Shown here piece after piece: positions 11,943 to 26,600 of a stretch of 63,743 nt of DNA. Both the position numbers and the translations under genes were made by a program. How positions within the stretch are numbered: position 1 is the stretch's first letter; each line of letters starts with the position of its first letter. A model generated the notes under the pieces. It had not been told where the DNA came from. It ran no database searches and saw only the letters and a program-made list of their open reading frames with translations. This stretch comes from Welwitschia mirabilis (Eukaryota), in assembly GCA_051453625.1 (NCBI GenBank), contig JBOZIK010000001.1:6155517-6219259 (forward strand). The letters are read 5' to 3'.

Positions 11943-14520
11943 TGTAACAATAACAAATGAGAAATACCAATAATAAGAGAAATAGACAAAATTTACAGGG
12001 TTTGGGATCTTTCCATCTTATGTTCATGGGATAGTTTAGATCCCTTTATTATCAAGAATATCAATGACACATCTTATCCTTCAATAGTTAGGTACAATCA
12101 ACTCATCATATGTCCTTCAATAGAATAGCATCAATTACAATAGTATAACAAAGTTAATAATAAAACTTAACATTTTCTTTTTTATTATATACATGTGATG
12201 CACTTTAGGATTTTTCCAAGGCATTATCAACCTTCAAAGCTTCAACAACTCAAGGATGGTCTACGCTAACTAAACTTTTGCATGGTTACAAACTTTGTAA
12301 ACAAGTCTGCAAAATTTTCTGTAGTGGTATTTTTTCAACATTTGTATTAAGCATTTTTCGATAGCATTTCCAATGTAATGTTATTGGATATGTTTTCCCT
12401 TGAATGAAATGCATGATTTTTTGTGGGACATATTATGCTTTAATTATCACAGTCAATACAAATATCTTTAATTTTTATTCCAATTTTCAAAAGCTAGTTC
12501 TATAATTAAATAACTTCTCCAAACATTTAGATAAAGTAACATGTTTAGCTTTTATTGTAGAAGCTACAATCATTAATGTTATCTTTCTTTGTGATTTGAC
12601 TATACCAACACATTGAATAAGATCAAATCTTGTTCTTAATTTATACATTTATGAATCTCTTACTTCAATAGATCAAGCCATCAATATATTCCTCTAAAGC
12701 TACATTTCTAATACTTTTAATAACAAAATGAATACAAAAGACAATTCATAAGAAAGATCTTAAAATTCTTCTTATAGAAATTCAATGTTTAAGACTAGGA
12801 TCATGAATTTTCTTACTAATCCAAAAGCATGAACTAAATTAAGATGCATTCTTACCATGACATATAGCGAATCCCCAACTGCTTGTGCATAAGCATTTTC
12901 TTTATTTGACCCATATCTTATTAATTTTAAGGAGATTTCTCTAAAGGTAATATTATTCAAGGGTGTCATGGAGTTGATGTGGATATAAGTTCCCATTTAG
13001 ACTTTGCTACTATGGCATCTGGTGGGTCTCACGCTAGCCACAGTTATGTAGTGGTGCATCCTTAATGCTTGTTGTAGTATTGACATATCTTCATTCCAAA
13101 TAATTTTACTACCTTTACGATATATCTTTTTGACTTACCCATTACTTTCTAGCATCCCTGCTTTTGTTAATTTTTATACTTGAGATATGGTTAGCATAAT
13201 TTAGATCTTTCATGTCAAACTAAAATTCCTGTTATTCTTTGACCTTCTTAATAAGTTTCTTATTGTTTCTAACAATCAACATGTCATTTACATATAATAG
13301 TAATATAACAAAGAAAGACTAAAATTTCTTATAATAGACAAAATGGTTTGCTTTACAACTTAACAAATTCAAAGATGACATATGACAGTCACACTTTTTA
13401 TACCACCTTCTAATGTATTGCTTTAAACCATATAAGAATTTCTGTATAGGACAAACTATATGCTCATTTTTAAGAGCTTTATATCAACCAGGCTGATGCA
13501 TACAATTTTTTTTCTTGAAGATAATCATAAAGAATTGTAGTCTTAACATCCTCAAATTCAAAATCATATGCAACCACTAATGCTTGTATAGAGCAAACTA
13601 AAGTTACTTTGATGAAAAAAGAAAAACCTCATCAATATCTACACCTTTAAATTTCGAGAATCTTTAGCTACAAAATGATTTTGGCATTCTTCAATATTTC
13701 TTGCAAAATTATTCTTTGCCTTGAAATCTATTTGCAACAAACTATTTTCTTATCTTTTGGTTGTTCCATTAAAATTCATATATTGTTCTCATAAAGGTAT
13801 TCCATCTCATTATCAATTGCATCTTTTCACTTTTTATGGTCTTTTTAGTATATGTCTTTTTTCCACATTTTGAGGATCATCATCATCATTATTATGTGGA
13901 AAAATAACTAAAGCAAAAAAAAGTTAAAAGAGTAATGAACTTTTAGAGGGCTTTGAAATTTGACTAGGTCTTCCAGACAAGATTTGTGAGTTAGGGAATA
14001 TTCATTTATATCTTTCAATAAGATCCATTTTTCTTTTATTGCAAGCTTGGTTACTTTTTACTTGAATCCAAATGAAATAATTTCTCTATTATGTTCTCTT
14101 ATTTTAGAATCCTCTCATGCAAAATTATTCGATTCTTAGAATACGACATCATTATTGTAAACAACTCTATCATGATTAAGATTTTAAAGTTTATATTGTT
14201 TTGAGAACATGTCCTTACCCTAATAAAGTATGCATTATTTAGATGTGAAATCTAATTTTGATCTTTGATTAAAGAGGACATGCACATATACATCATAAAT
14301 AGGAAAAAGAGGGGAAAAAATAAAATCTTAAATGTAGCCAATAGGCTTATCAACCTAGACTCTTTAGTTATTTTGCCATTAATGCACAACAATGACCATG
14401 AATATTTTTACTAATATTAAGATATTTTGATACTTATAAATATGTATGTCTTCTCAATAGTTAGTATGTTTGCATGTTAGTATTATACAGTATTATTAAT
14501 AGTTGTTGTAGGTACAAATG
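11943..14520 (-). mobile_element. Degenerate Ty1/Copia retrotransposon (integrase C-terminus, RT, RNase H, probable 3' LTR)
   Basis: ENFADLFTK (about 12295-12325), YAQAVGDSLYVMVRMHLNLVHAFGLVRKFM (ORF 12772-12996), LLLYVNDMLIV (about 13270-13305), DVKTTIL (about 13530-13550). LTR-like reversed end from about 11943. Confidence 0.85.
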
Positions 14521-17194
14521 TCACCTGCCATGAAGAGAAAGGAGAAGAATAGGTAAGCTTAGATTTAGAAACACCCTCTCCTATGTAGCTATTCTTAAGG
14601 AGTAGGAATAGGAACTACCCAACAACAAGCCAAGAATAAAGATTATAAAAGAAGGATGAAAGGTTACAAGGGTATATCTATAGGTAAAGGAGAAATAGTA
14701 ATAGGACTTTGACTAAGGGATGTACAAAAGGATGCTCCATTGCATCCTAGAAATGAGTTATAGGCATCTCCCTAGATTTAGTGCTGCCTGCAAAGGGAAA
14801 CACTGGTTTTCATTAGTATGTTTCCGTTTGCATATGTAGAAGCTTAATATTTAGCATTGTTATGATTGAAAATCTGAAAAGCTATTTTTTGAATACCATA
14901 CTGATTTGTTTGCAAACTAAAAAGTGTTACAAGTTATTGCATTACTTAAAGAAGTAATATCTCTTATTTTTGCTCCTATTTATGCAATTTAACATGAGCT
15001 AGGATATTTAGCAATGTTTAGAATTGAGTATTGTTTCAGAATTTTCTTAAACTTTTATATGTTTCCTTTTATCCCCAAATAATGTATATTATGTACATAA
15101 TAGTTAAAGTAGCAATTTCCAACCTAAATTATTTAAGTTAATCATTGGTAAGAGCTTATCTTGGTAATATAATTTGACCTAAGCTAGTTGGAGATCTGAC
15201 CATCTTAGTTAGTATTTAGTGAGCCTTTGTTTACTCTAATATTAATGATTAAAGCTAGTTTTTAGATTAGCAGCTTTGTATTTCCAATATCTCAATGCAT
15301 AGTTTTATCACATTTTGCATACTTTTATTAAACAAGTAGCTTTTATCAACCATCAAGTTTTGAAGGTAAGAAGCAATTGATAATAATAAGTAGTTATCAC
15401 CACTTTAGCCTAGGGTTTTTTCTTTTATCTAGAGACATTTATCTAACCTTATCCATCAATGTTCTCTTCAGACGCTTCTTAGGAGTTTTAAAAATGGTTT
15501 TCTATTTAAAGGTTTCTTTATTCTTATGAAAAACATCAAGTTTAAAAGCATAATATTCATTGTTGTTATTTGTGCATAAATAGTTAATTTCAACAATTTT
15601 TATAAATTATTAAAACTATTCAAATGCATCAAACTTGTACCTTGAAAAAAATTTAACTATGACTTTGTAGAGAATTTTATAATAAATGAAATTTAAGATT
15701 TGTAACATGAAATTAATGGATAGGAATAAACAAGTTACTATAAACAAGCATTAAGAACTTCTTTTATAAACACTTATTCGATTTTGTTTTTCAAATAGAC
15801 AATTTCATAGAAACGAAAAAAAAAAGTAAAAATACAACTTATAATGTTTCCTTCTTATTTTAAATTATTTATATGGCTTAGTGTTTTGTATTAAATTAGA
15901 ACATTAGAACCTTCAAAGACTATAAATACAAAACTAATTGTATTAGCAAGTAGAATATATAGAGCTTTAAGTTTTATGCCATTCATAATAAGATCTCCTT
16001 TGGAAGTGAGAGATGAAAGTCTAAGAATAGTATACTAACAAATAACAAAATTTTTTGATAAACCTGGTACATGGTAGATGTGACAACATTTTCTACTTAG
16101 TTCATTTTGAAATTGAANNNNNNNNNNNNNNNNNNNNNNNNNNNNNNNNNNNNNNNNNNNNNNNNNNNNNNNNNNNNNNNNNNNNNNNNNNNNNNNNNNN
16201 NNNNNNNNNNNNNNNNNATTTTTACATTTCCAGCACGAAACGTTACTAAGGAATATTAATACGTATAAACTATTTCTTATGACAAATCATATTAAAGAAC
16301 ACATTTGATTTCATGATCTAAACTTTTATCAATATCTAAATCTAAGGACATCATATATAGATCACCTTTTTCTTCTTGTGCAAAAAGATTATTTAATAAA
16401 AAATCATTTTAATCCTTAACCAAAGTATCCACACTATTTGTGTTCATCTTCTAAGAGATTAATAATACTTCATCATATTATAATACCAGTAGGCAACCTC
16501 TCTATTATAGCTTAATTATTTTAATTGTATCTTCTTTATTTAGACATTTCATTTCTTTAATTGATTAAAAAATTGGGATGTTCTCAGTTTATATTTCATA
16601 GGTAAGACTTTAAATGTAGATTTAATAAACTTTATTTGAACCTTTTTACTCAAAAAACTTTTAATAATGTCACTAAAGGAAATTCTTACATAAAAAATAA
16701 ATGTATATTATCTTACTAAAGTAATTATTTTTTTTTTTTTAATTCAATGGGCATGTGTAAACCATTGTATTGAATACATTTAAATAGATAGTAAAATAAA
16801 TACCTTCTAATCTAAGAAATTCAAAGAATTGATGCCATTAAAATAATTTAGTTTTTAAAGATTTCATTGATTACAAATTACATAACTTCATCTAAAGACC
16901 AACAATTATTCTTTTAGAAAGAATGTTCAAAGAGGAGCATTGGTGAATGTTGTTTTAACACTTTATAATTTAGCTTTTTTAATTCTATTTTATTTATTGT
17001 ATTAGGTTTATTACTAAAAGTTTTTCATTAAATTCTATCAACTAAATATCTTTCACTTCATTTTTCAAATGTTGGATTTAACTTTGTTGGACTTTGTAAT
17101 ATTAGTTATTTACAAGTTCAAAATTGTTACCTTTTTAGAAAGTAATCTCTGGTAAAAATTATAACTTGACATGTTCCTTTCATTCTTTATTTAA

Positions 17195-17196
17195 AG

Positions 17197-17235
<39 letters not shown>
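17195..17235 (+). repeat. (GA)n microsatellite at the 5' end of the LINE
   Basis: gagagagag tract directly visible. Confidence 0.9.
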
Positions 17236-17240
<5 letters not shown>

Positions 17241-17299
17241 AATGTAGTAGACAAAAAACTGAGTGAAGGAGGAAGTTAGGGTTCAGGAAGTACCAAATT

Positions 17300-20200
17300 A
17301 GCAGGGGCAGTTTTGGCTCAGAAAATTACAACATGTAGGGGCCAGTATCAGCCTCCAGACAGTTGGGTAATAGGTAAGTCATAAAATTATTTTGTTCTTT
17401 AGATTTGATTTAATGTAGGATTTAAAGGAGGACTTTTGCCCTTGGAATGAAGAAGACTTAGTTCTCAGAGAAGGGAAAAACCCTAATCTTAGACATAGAT
17501 GAAAATGCGTGCTTTGAAATAGAAAAGAAATTTCAATGCAGTTTAATTGAATAGTTTGTTTTGTCTAGTCCAAGGACCAGACTTAATCTCATTAGAGAAT
17601 GACAGCTACAAAATGGACACAGGTTAGTAAATTTAAGGTCATAGCCATGCCAAAAGGATTAGTGCTCTTCCAACTTGATAATGAATGGGATTAAGATGAG
17701 GTAATCATAAGAGGACCACAGTTCTTTGGAGTAAGGGGGTTAGCCCTAGCTAAATGAATATTAAGGATGCAATCGAACCCCAATTTGTAAAAACTATTAA
17801 TATGGATTTATATGCACAAGTTTCCTCTAGAGTTCTGGGATGAATATCTACTAAATAAAATTACTTCTCAGTTTAAAAAACTAATAAAACTAGACAAGAT
17901 AATCTAAAACAAATGAGATTAGTCCTGGCAAGATTTTATATTTGGATTAGCATAGAAAAAACAAAGAATATTTAATCTATTAAGTTTAGATCTCACTTAT
18001 GAGAACCTTCTATTTACATGTAAGACATATGGAAAGTCTAATCACATCTCAGGAAGATGCGTAACAACATAAAAAGATGTATCCATTATGGGAGAAAAGG
18101 CCATGAAAAGGGTAAATGCAGAAAAAGACTTATTGACATCAAAGGAAAATAGAAGGAAACGTACTCTTTTTATGAAAAGCTAGGGCATAATTAGAATGAT
18201 TGTCGACATAAATAGAAGAAAGAAAAAATAATCAAGAATACTAAAGGCTACCCAAGAAAAATTAGGAAAAAGATAGGGAATACAACCCCTTTTGAGACCT
18301 AATGGATAAAGAGCCTAAAGACACTCTGTAACCTCAAAATCCAATAAATACAGATAAGTTAAATGATGTTAAAGTTTAGATGAATGGAATACCTAGCAAT
18401 AGAATACTCTAAGAAAAGAAAACTATAAAAAATGTGGCCAACAACTTGCAAGAAACCTTTAAAGACACATTGGAAAAAGACCAAGGAATGCTTAGAAAGG
18501 GGGAAAAACAAACCTGATGGAGTGCACCACCTAAAATTTCAAGGTATTAGGGTCCTCCTATAAAGAAAAGAACCTAAGAGACTTGATTAGTAAATTTAAC
18601 ATCAATTTGGTTTGCTTATAGGAAACGAAAATGTGAGTTAACATGAAATTAGATAACTCCTAGCAATAGTGGAACATTTTCACCTCTGTAGCATAAGGAA
18701 ACTCAAGAGGACTTATGACCCTTACAAATAAAGAGACAGAATTAGTTAAAAACAATAAAAATAATTTAACTAGATATCTAAAAGAAGAATAATGGACCAT
18801 TACAAATGTTTACAATCCTCAAAACAATTTAGACAAAGCCTCTATGTTGAAGGACCTTCAGAGGGTGATGATGGATAAGGCCAAATGGGTAGTAGTGGGT
18901 GATTTTAATTAATGTCTTCACTATTGAGAAAAAAATGGGAGGTAAAAACTAGAATAGCAGAGGGGCAATAATTCTTAGAGATTTGATGTTGCAAAATGCC
19001 CTATCGGTTGTATTCTTTACAGGATGTAAATACACCTGATCCAACAAGAGGACGAGAGGCAACCATGTGATGTCTAGGATAGACTGAATCCTCGCTGAAA
19101 AGAATATAGTGAAGCTACCAATCGAAGCACAAGATCTAAACAAAATGACCTCGGATCATCAATCAATTAAATATAAAATAGGGTGATAATGCTCCCCAGA
19201 GCCTCTTTTCACAAGGATAAGAAGAGATTTGAATTGAAAAGGAAGATGGAGGAAAAGTTATATAAAATTCAAGCTAAGAAAGAAGATAGAGGAGATCAAG
19301 ACTACCTTCATAGCAAGTAATACCAATGCCTCATGAAACTTCAAGAACTAAACAAAGATGAAAAAAATTATTAGAGGGAAAGATCGAGGATTAAGTGGCT
19401 TAAAAAAGGGAACTAATATACTAAATTTTTCTTTCAGCAGAGCAGATAACAAAATAAGAAGGCTTACCATTAGGGAAGATGTAATTGAAAACAAAGAGAA
19501 AATAGCCAAGAAAATGTAGACCCATTTCAAAAAAATATGGAAATGGAACAATATTGTTTCTTGACATTATTTCAGAGGACAAGGGAGTTTCGGATGAAGA
19601 TAATGCTCATTTAACTAAACCTCTGGTCAAAGAAAAAATCTAGTCAACAATGAGATTAATGAAGAACAACAGATCTCTAAGACTAGACGATTGACCAGTC
19701 GAGCTATTCAAGACTTACTTCTCTATTATAGAGAACAACTTTCATGATGTGATGCAAGATATCCTTAATGATAAATGCATTCCTAGGGAAATTAATAGAA
19801 TTGGGATTATCCTTATTTCCAAAAAATAGGATGCCAGTAAATTAGAAGACTACATACCATTAGGCATCTATAATGTTTTATACAGATCTTTGCAAAAATA
19901 ATGGTGGGTTGTATCACCCTTCTAATTTCCAAGATGATCTCTAAGAACCGAGCAAGCTTTATTTGATTCAGGTACATTTAGGATGAAATTCTCCTAACAC
20001 ATGAAATTATTCATTTTATTAAAAAGTATAAATTTCTTTTACTTATTGCTAAATTAGATATTCCAAAGGCCTATGACTCTATTAGCTAGCAAGCATCAGG
20101 TTGTATTCTTAGAAAAACCAAATTCAACTTAGACATCATTAATCTATGGTTAGATATCCAAGCTTCCCTAAATTTAGAACGGAAGTTAACAATAACAGAT

Positions 20201-21480
20201 CCCATTATTTTTTAGTAGCTTGAGGATTAAGGCAAGGAAATCCTTTATTTCCCTATATCTTTCTATCTCTTATGAAAGTTTTACAAGGATTTCTTAAAAG
20301 AAATAGAGTTACAGGCATCAAAATAAGAAGTCAGATGTTTATTAACAACCACTATGCTGGCGACATAATCATCATAACTCAAGCCTCTTGCTAGTAAGCT
20401 AGAGCTGTTAAGAACTTTATCAATCTTTTTGGGAATGCTACAAGTCTTTAAACTAGATGGAACAAATCTAGAATTTACAAAGTATGCTGAAGTACTACTA
20501 GAAGAGGTGAAATCACCAAAATCCTAAATGGTAATTTTGGATACATTCAGGCATCTACCTTGGAATTCCTTTGTGAAATTGACCCAAGACTCTAACTTGG
20601 AATTTCATACTAGAATGAATCCAAAGGAAATACAATGCCTAATAGAATAAATTCTTTTCCTCTAAAGAAAATATCATCCTAGCAAACTCTTACCTGATAT
20701 CTTATTTTAGATACATTGCTTCCGTTATTGTTCCCCCCAGAGTGCATAATTAAAAAAATCAATAAAATCTTAGAGGACTTTATTTAATTGAGAGGTAAAG
20801 ATAGAAGACGCATTTATCTTTGTAAATAAGAGCTCATTGCTTATCCTAAGGAGTCAAGAGGCTAAGAAGTCCAAAGGCTAGAATATTAACTATGAGTACA
20901 CCAGTTAGAATATGAGAGGAGGGTAGTTCCATCTTAGAAAACACCTCTGCAATATAATAAGAAACTTGATGAACCTAAAAGTTTTCAGTAATAACATAAC
21001 TAAATTGATTCTCATCAAGAAATATGAAAAAAATAAGGCTTACAAAAATTTTTGGAAGCGACAAATTCTAGACAAAATTAATATCTTCTGTTGTCTGAAG
21101 GANNNNNNNNNNAGGAGCCAGCTACTCAAGCATGGCATTTAAGGTCATACCAATTATCTAATATACCAATCTTGTTAAGAAGATGCTCAACACCTTTTTC
21201 ATTAATGCAAATGGAGCTCTGAATTAATGAAAGTTATGACGAGTTATTACAACAACTAGAACATATTTGAGACATGCAAAAAATATGGGATATGCCTGAT
21301 ATTATGGTAGATCTGGCATACACATAATAAAGTAATATTCAATAACATCCCCTTTTTATTTCCTATAAACACCACTAAAAAGATTAAATGGTACTATTAT
21401 CAAATCAATGTAGCTATGGGGACAACTTCAATAATTGAATTGTCAGACCTAAGTTTTTTTTGAAGGATGCACCATGCTCT
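17300..21480 (+). mobile_element. Near full-length degenerate L1-clade LINE (ORF1 + ORF2)
   Basis: ORF1: IIRGPQFFG, IWIYMHKFPLEFW, YENLLFTCKTYGKSNHISGRC (zinc knuckle). Endonuclease: LVCL*ETK, WTITNVYNP, WVVVGDFN, SRID, SDH. RT: KLDIPKAYDSIS, GLRQGNPLFPYIF, YAGD, YLGIPL. zf-RVT-like EDAQHLF near 21180. Many stops. Confidence 0.9.
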
Positions 21481-22789
21481 TAGATAAGGTGCAGGTATCT
21501 GGATGGAAAGTGCTTTTACAAAAGCTAAAAAAAGAACCTAAAGCTAATATTACCCCATTTTATAGAAGATGGAAAGGACAAATAACCATGTCAAGAAGAA
21601 TTTTAATTGAAATTATAAANNNNNNNNNNNNNNNNNNNNNNNNNNNNNNNNNNNNNNNNNNNNNNNNNNNNNNNNNNNNNNNNNNNNNNNNNNNNNNNNN
21701 NNNNNNNNNNNNNNNNNNNTACCCCATTTTATAGAAGATGGAAAGGGCAAATAACCATGTTCAGAAGAATTTTAATTGAAATTATAAAAGACTCTATTTC
21801 CTGCCTTCTGAACATTCCAGCAGCACAGAAAAGAATTTATCTTAAGAGTAGAGGGTAGTGAAAGGCCTCCCATTTCTTCCTAGGAGATGTCCCAAAGCTA
21901 TCTAGTGGTCATATTAGCCACAAAGCACTCCCACACCCATGAGGGCTAAGAGCTGAGATGATTTACCACTACTTTATTTAGTCTAGATGTTGCTCGAATC
22001 TATGATGACTACATTTCATCTTTCTCAAAGCCTTAGATCTAGGATATTAAGTTAAAATTCCTTAATTTTTCATTTAGCATTTACAATAAAAAGATTCTAC
22101 AAGGCATTCAAGTCTTATCATGATTCTTTGAAGAGCTACAAGGGACATGAGAACAAAGGAGGCTCCTTCTCCTCCTCCTTATCAGTGAAGAAATTTATAG
22201 GAGATACCTCCCAAGAAAAATCGAAGAATAAGACCAAGTCTAATGAGGTTCCTCAATCTGAGAGGGATACTAAGCTAGAAAGCTGCCATTCTTAGAGAGG
22301 GACAACTTCATCCCAGGAAGTTTAGACAGAGGAAGTGATTTCATCCCTAGTATAGGAAGAGACAATTTAAGAATATTTCCTAGTCAAAGCCTATGAACAA
22401 GACCACAAGCCTCTAGAGTAAAGACTAAGAGGCATTCCCTCAGAAGGTAAAAGGTAGCCCCAATTCTAGTCAAAAGTCAAAATTTCATTCCCATTAGATT
22501 CCTCCTCTGAAGAAAGAAATTAAGAGCACCATGAATACATTAACATGGCCTATTGAAAAGAGAACTCTTGCTAACAATAATTCATGGATTGTAGATATGC
22601 CCCTTTTTAACCCTAGGAATTTCACATAGATCTTAGCTGAAAGTCATTAATTCAAGTTATTGAAAGAAGGCTCTGAGACTTCATCCAGACAAGAACTAGG
22701 TAGCACGAGTTCAAAGAAGTAAATCATACTTTTTAGATGTTAATAAATGAAATGGGATGATTTTTATTCACACTATAAGAAATATAGGT

Positions 22790-23190
22790 TTTTAAGATGT
22801 TTATTTAACTAAATACCTTCATTATAGGGATTCTTAAGGCATTCAATTTAATAAATGGCTTGAATAAAAATAATTAAAATATTTTTAAGGCATTTTTTTT
22901 TAAACAAACACATTAAAAACCCTTCACATTTTTTAAGGCATTTATTAAAACATGCCTTAAAAATATACATAATTTTAAGGCGTTTATAGGGATTAATGCC
23001 TTAAAATCTATGTGCCTTGGATAAAAACAATGGTAATATTTTTAAGGCATTTTTTTTTTCAAATAAACACCTTAAAAACTCTTTACGTTATTGTTAAGAT
23101 GTTTATTAAGATATGCCTTAAAAATATGTGCAATTTTAAGGTGTTTACAAGGACAAACGTCTTAAAAGCTATGCTTAAAAAATTCATAAA
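22790..23190. repeat. CACTA 5' subterminal repeat array
   Basis: Alternating direct and inverted tttaaggcattt / atgccttaaaa motifs. Confidence 0.85.
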
Positions 23191-23269
23191 ACCTCAACAA
23201 TATAGCCACATGCATTACAAAAAATAAACCTTCACACATATTTTAAGTAATATAAATTGAGATCTTACA

Positions 23270-23620
23270 TAAACTGCTTCACGCATATCTTAGGAGAAGA
23301 AATCAAGCCCCTATAGAAATTGGTTCATGCATATTTCTTAAGAAGAAACTGAGTTCCTACAAAAACTACTTTATGCATATTTATTAAGAAGAAACTAAGT
23401 TCCTATGGAAATTGAGATCCTGTGTTGAGAATTGACCCATGTTGAATTTCCTGTCTTGCATCAAGAATTGGCCTGTGTTAAATCATCCATCCTGTGTCGA
23501 GAATCAGCCTACATCAAATCACCTATCCTACATTAAGAATTAGTCATCCTACATTGAATTGTCCATCTTGTATTGAGAATATGTTGTCCTACATAGAATT
23601 ATTCATCTTGCATGGAATCA
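23270..23620 (+). repeat. Degenerate tandem minisatellites inside the CACTA 5' region
   Basis: Three roughly 50-bp gcatat..aagaagaaact.agttccta units, then roughly 34-bp tcctgtgttgagaatt units. Confidence 0.6.
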
Positions 23621-26600
23621 CCATACTCTCCTCTATCATAAATCATCATACAAGAAAGGGACTAAAAGCTCAGATAATCAGTGAGTAAAGGGAAAACTGC
23701 AGAATAGCGTGTTTAGACTGGGCCACCTTCTTGTTCAAGTCCTTGAATCCCACCACTTTCCTCATTCATATATGTGTGCTTATTTCTTTTAGTTTTCTAT
23801 CCTCTAGATTCAATATTCTAAATATCTCTATAATTAGTAATACACATTAACATTTCTTTTATGCATATTCCTTCAAGTTTAAATACACACATACATATTT
23901 ATTCTTCAAGGCTAAAACAAGTTTAAAGACATATCAATATGTGTAACATAACATGTTCATTTCATTATGAAGAAACAGGAACAATGATTTCAGATTGCAA
24001 TATAAGATGTGTATAAAAGTAACAATGATAAGAATAATGCTCGAAGACAGATGATTTATTTGAAAGTGACGATGATTTTAGATAGCATTTCTAGTTACAC
24101 ATTGTTCCTTAATTTGGAAATAGCATCCTTTCTATAACTTGGTTATAATTGAGTGAACTTCCTAGTCTCCTTGTTATGGCAAGATGAAAATTAGCCTTCT
24201 TCCAAAAAAAAAAAAAAATCCTGGTTATTCCTTTTTTTCTTAATTCATAATAGTCCATATGCTTCAAACTTAGAAAGTATGTCTTAGATCTAAAACATGA
24301 TTTTCTAAAATGATGGTTTACCTAAAATACGATTGCTAAGATGGATAAATAGCTATTGAATTTTCTAGGGTCTAACTACTCTTCATTTTGTCTGTATTCG
24401 TTACACTTCAGAAAATGTAGACATGCAACTTGAAAATATTTTAGTAGGAATAATAGTAAATTCAATGGAGTTTAAGTGAAAATTTGAAAATTTAAAACTA
24501 CCAGGCTTACAAACTAATTAGAGAAGATTTAAATACATCCTTTAATCTTCTAAGCTTTAGCAAGACCTACCCAAGAATCCAAATTTACCCTCCATGATAT
24601 AAAGGATAAGAAAGTTTTTCTAGCATGTTATTTAGAGTTATCTTTAAAGTACTAAAGTATGATATCAAATTATAGTAAATTTTTATGACATTTGGATCAC
24701 TTATTATTTGTTTGATTGATTTAATAAGGTACTCATCAACATTACTTGGATTTGAATAGAGCTTTTGTAAAATCCATTAAATACATGATCATTTCTTTAC
24801 CTACCAAAAGGTGAATTGGACACATTAAAGAGTAGGGGAACGTATGAATTCATTAATTTTAGTGAGATGCATTAGGATTTTATCTATAAGTAGTAGGAAC
24901 AGTCTTTGAGACATTTTGATGAAATATTAGGGGCATTGTAACTTATCATGGATTCCTACACTATTTCACATGAATGAATAAATCCTACATCTTGTATACA
25001 AGAGATTACAATCCACATAAATTGAAATCAATGTAAACTACCTCCAAGAGTTTTATATGCATTTTGGATATATGACATTAAAACAAGTGAAATCAATGTT
25101 ATTTGAAAGGATGGAGAATACTTCTTCATGAATAAATGTTATGTCCCAAGAGCCTGATAATTCTTAAAATGCAATTTATAATTAACAAGGAAATGGTTAT
25201 AAATGTGAATAAAGGACTCTATTAGCGTAGAATGAAAACTATCAACAAGGGAATGGTAAAAAGGTTTATAGGATTCCTCATAGTCTATTATTTCTTTCAA
25301 TTTTCTATTCTTTAGATTCAATATTCTGAATATCTCTATAATTAGTAATACACATATTTGTTGAGAAGAAATGTTTATAATTTTTGATGCCAATGACATA
25401 TGTGATTTTTTATGGTTTTTGGCCTTTTACGTGCCAAACCTAGGAGTTATGTCCTTTGACAAATGATTCATCCCCTTTTATTCAACAGTGACAATTTTAT
25501 ATTAGTGCATGCCCTTAAAAAAGCTTAACAGAGTCAATTAAGAAATGAAACAAACTTTATAAATATAAAACAAAGTAATTCATATGTGTGTGGGGCCTTA
25601 TGACATAATTACATGGTACAAGAGATAGAATGATGTTTAAATTTACCACATGCAAGAAACAAATAAGTGAATGCGTGGAGTTTAGAATGCATACATGATT
25701 TCATATAAGAGCTTTACATTGTCAGTACCACCAATTCAATCCATTTTCTTTATTGTGCACATGATTTGACAATAGTCCTTATATCATATTCATTCATAAG
25801 TATTATGTTTAAGAGTTGCACCATGCATTTGTATAGGGATTCCACTATTTAAATATTATTGCCCTCACACTTGTCATTTGATAATTGTATATGAAACATT
25901 GCATGCTTTAATTAATTCATAATTTTCATTATAAATAATAATATGATGTATCAATTTTGATGAATTATGTAAGATAAATCTAAATGTGGTTGATGGAGTC
26001 CTACCAAATAGTCTAGGCTTTCTCTCTCTTACTTTGACACTTAGGTTACCTGACAGTCTAAAACATAGGTTGGGACTTATAACTATGCCTAGGCAATTGG
26101 GTCTCCTACACATGGGTGTGGGCTTTTTGCCATGTTGAATGTGCACTTGACATTGATTTGGATTTATTAAGAAGAGGCCATGATCATATACCTCATTTAG
26201 AATCTGGATAGGATTTAATCATCAGAACTTCATTAATCAAATGTGCAATCATTGTTTTCATTCTGCTTGTAGCATGTTTGTTTGAATTGCAATGACAAAT
26301 GGGTTAAATAGAAACTTTAATATCCAATAACTCATAAAATGATATCTATCAAATTAAAGTTAGACAATTGAAATACTAAATGATTAATCATTTTNNNNNN
26401 NNNNNNNNNNNNNNNNNNNNNNNNNNNNNNNNNNNNNNNNNNNNNNNNNNNNNNNNNNNNNNNNNNNNNNNNNNNNNNNNNNNNNNNNNNNNNNNNNNNN
26501 NNNNNNNNNNNNNNNNNNNNNNNNNNNNNNNNNNNNNNNNNNNNNNNNNNNNNNNNNNNNNNNNNNNNNNNNNNNNNNNNNNNNNNNNNNNNNNNNNNNN

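Noticed and set aside
21551-21789. Apparent short direct repeats flanking 100-N gaps (also 27165-27413, 37637-37875, 44843-45010)
   Set aside because: The same sequence ends one contig and starts the next; typical unmerged contig overlaps, not biology.
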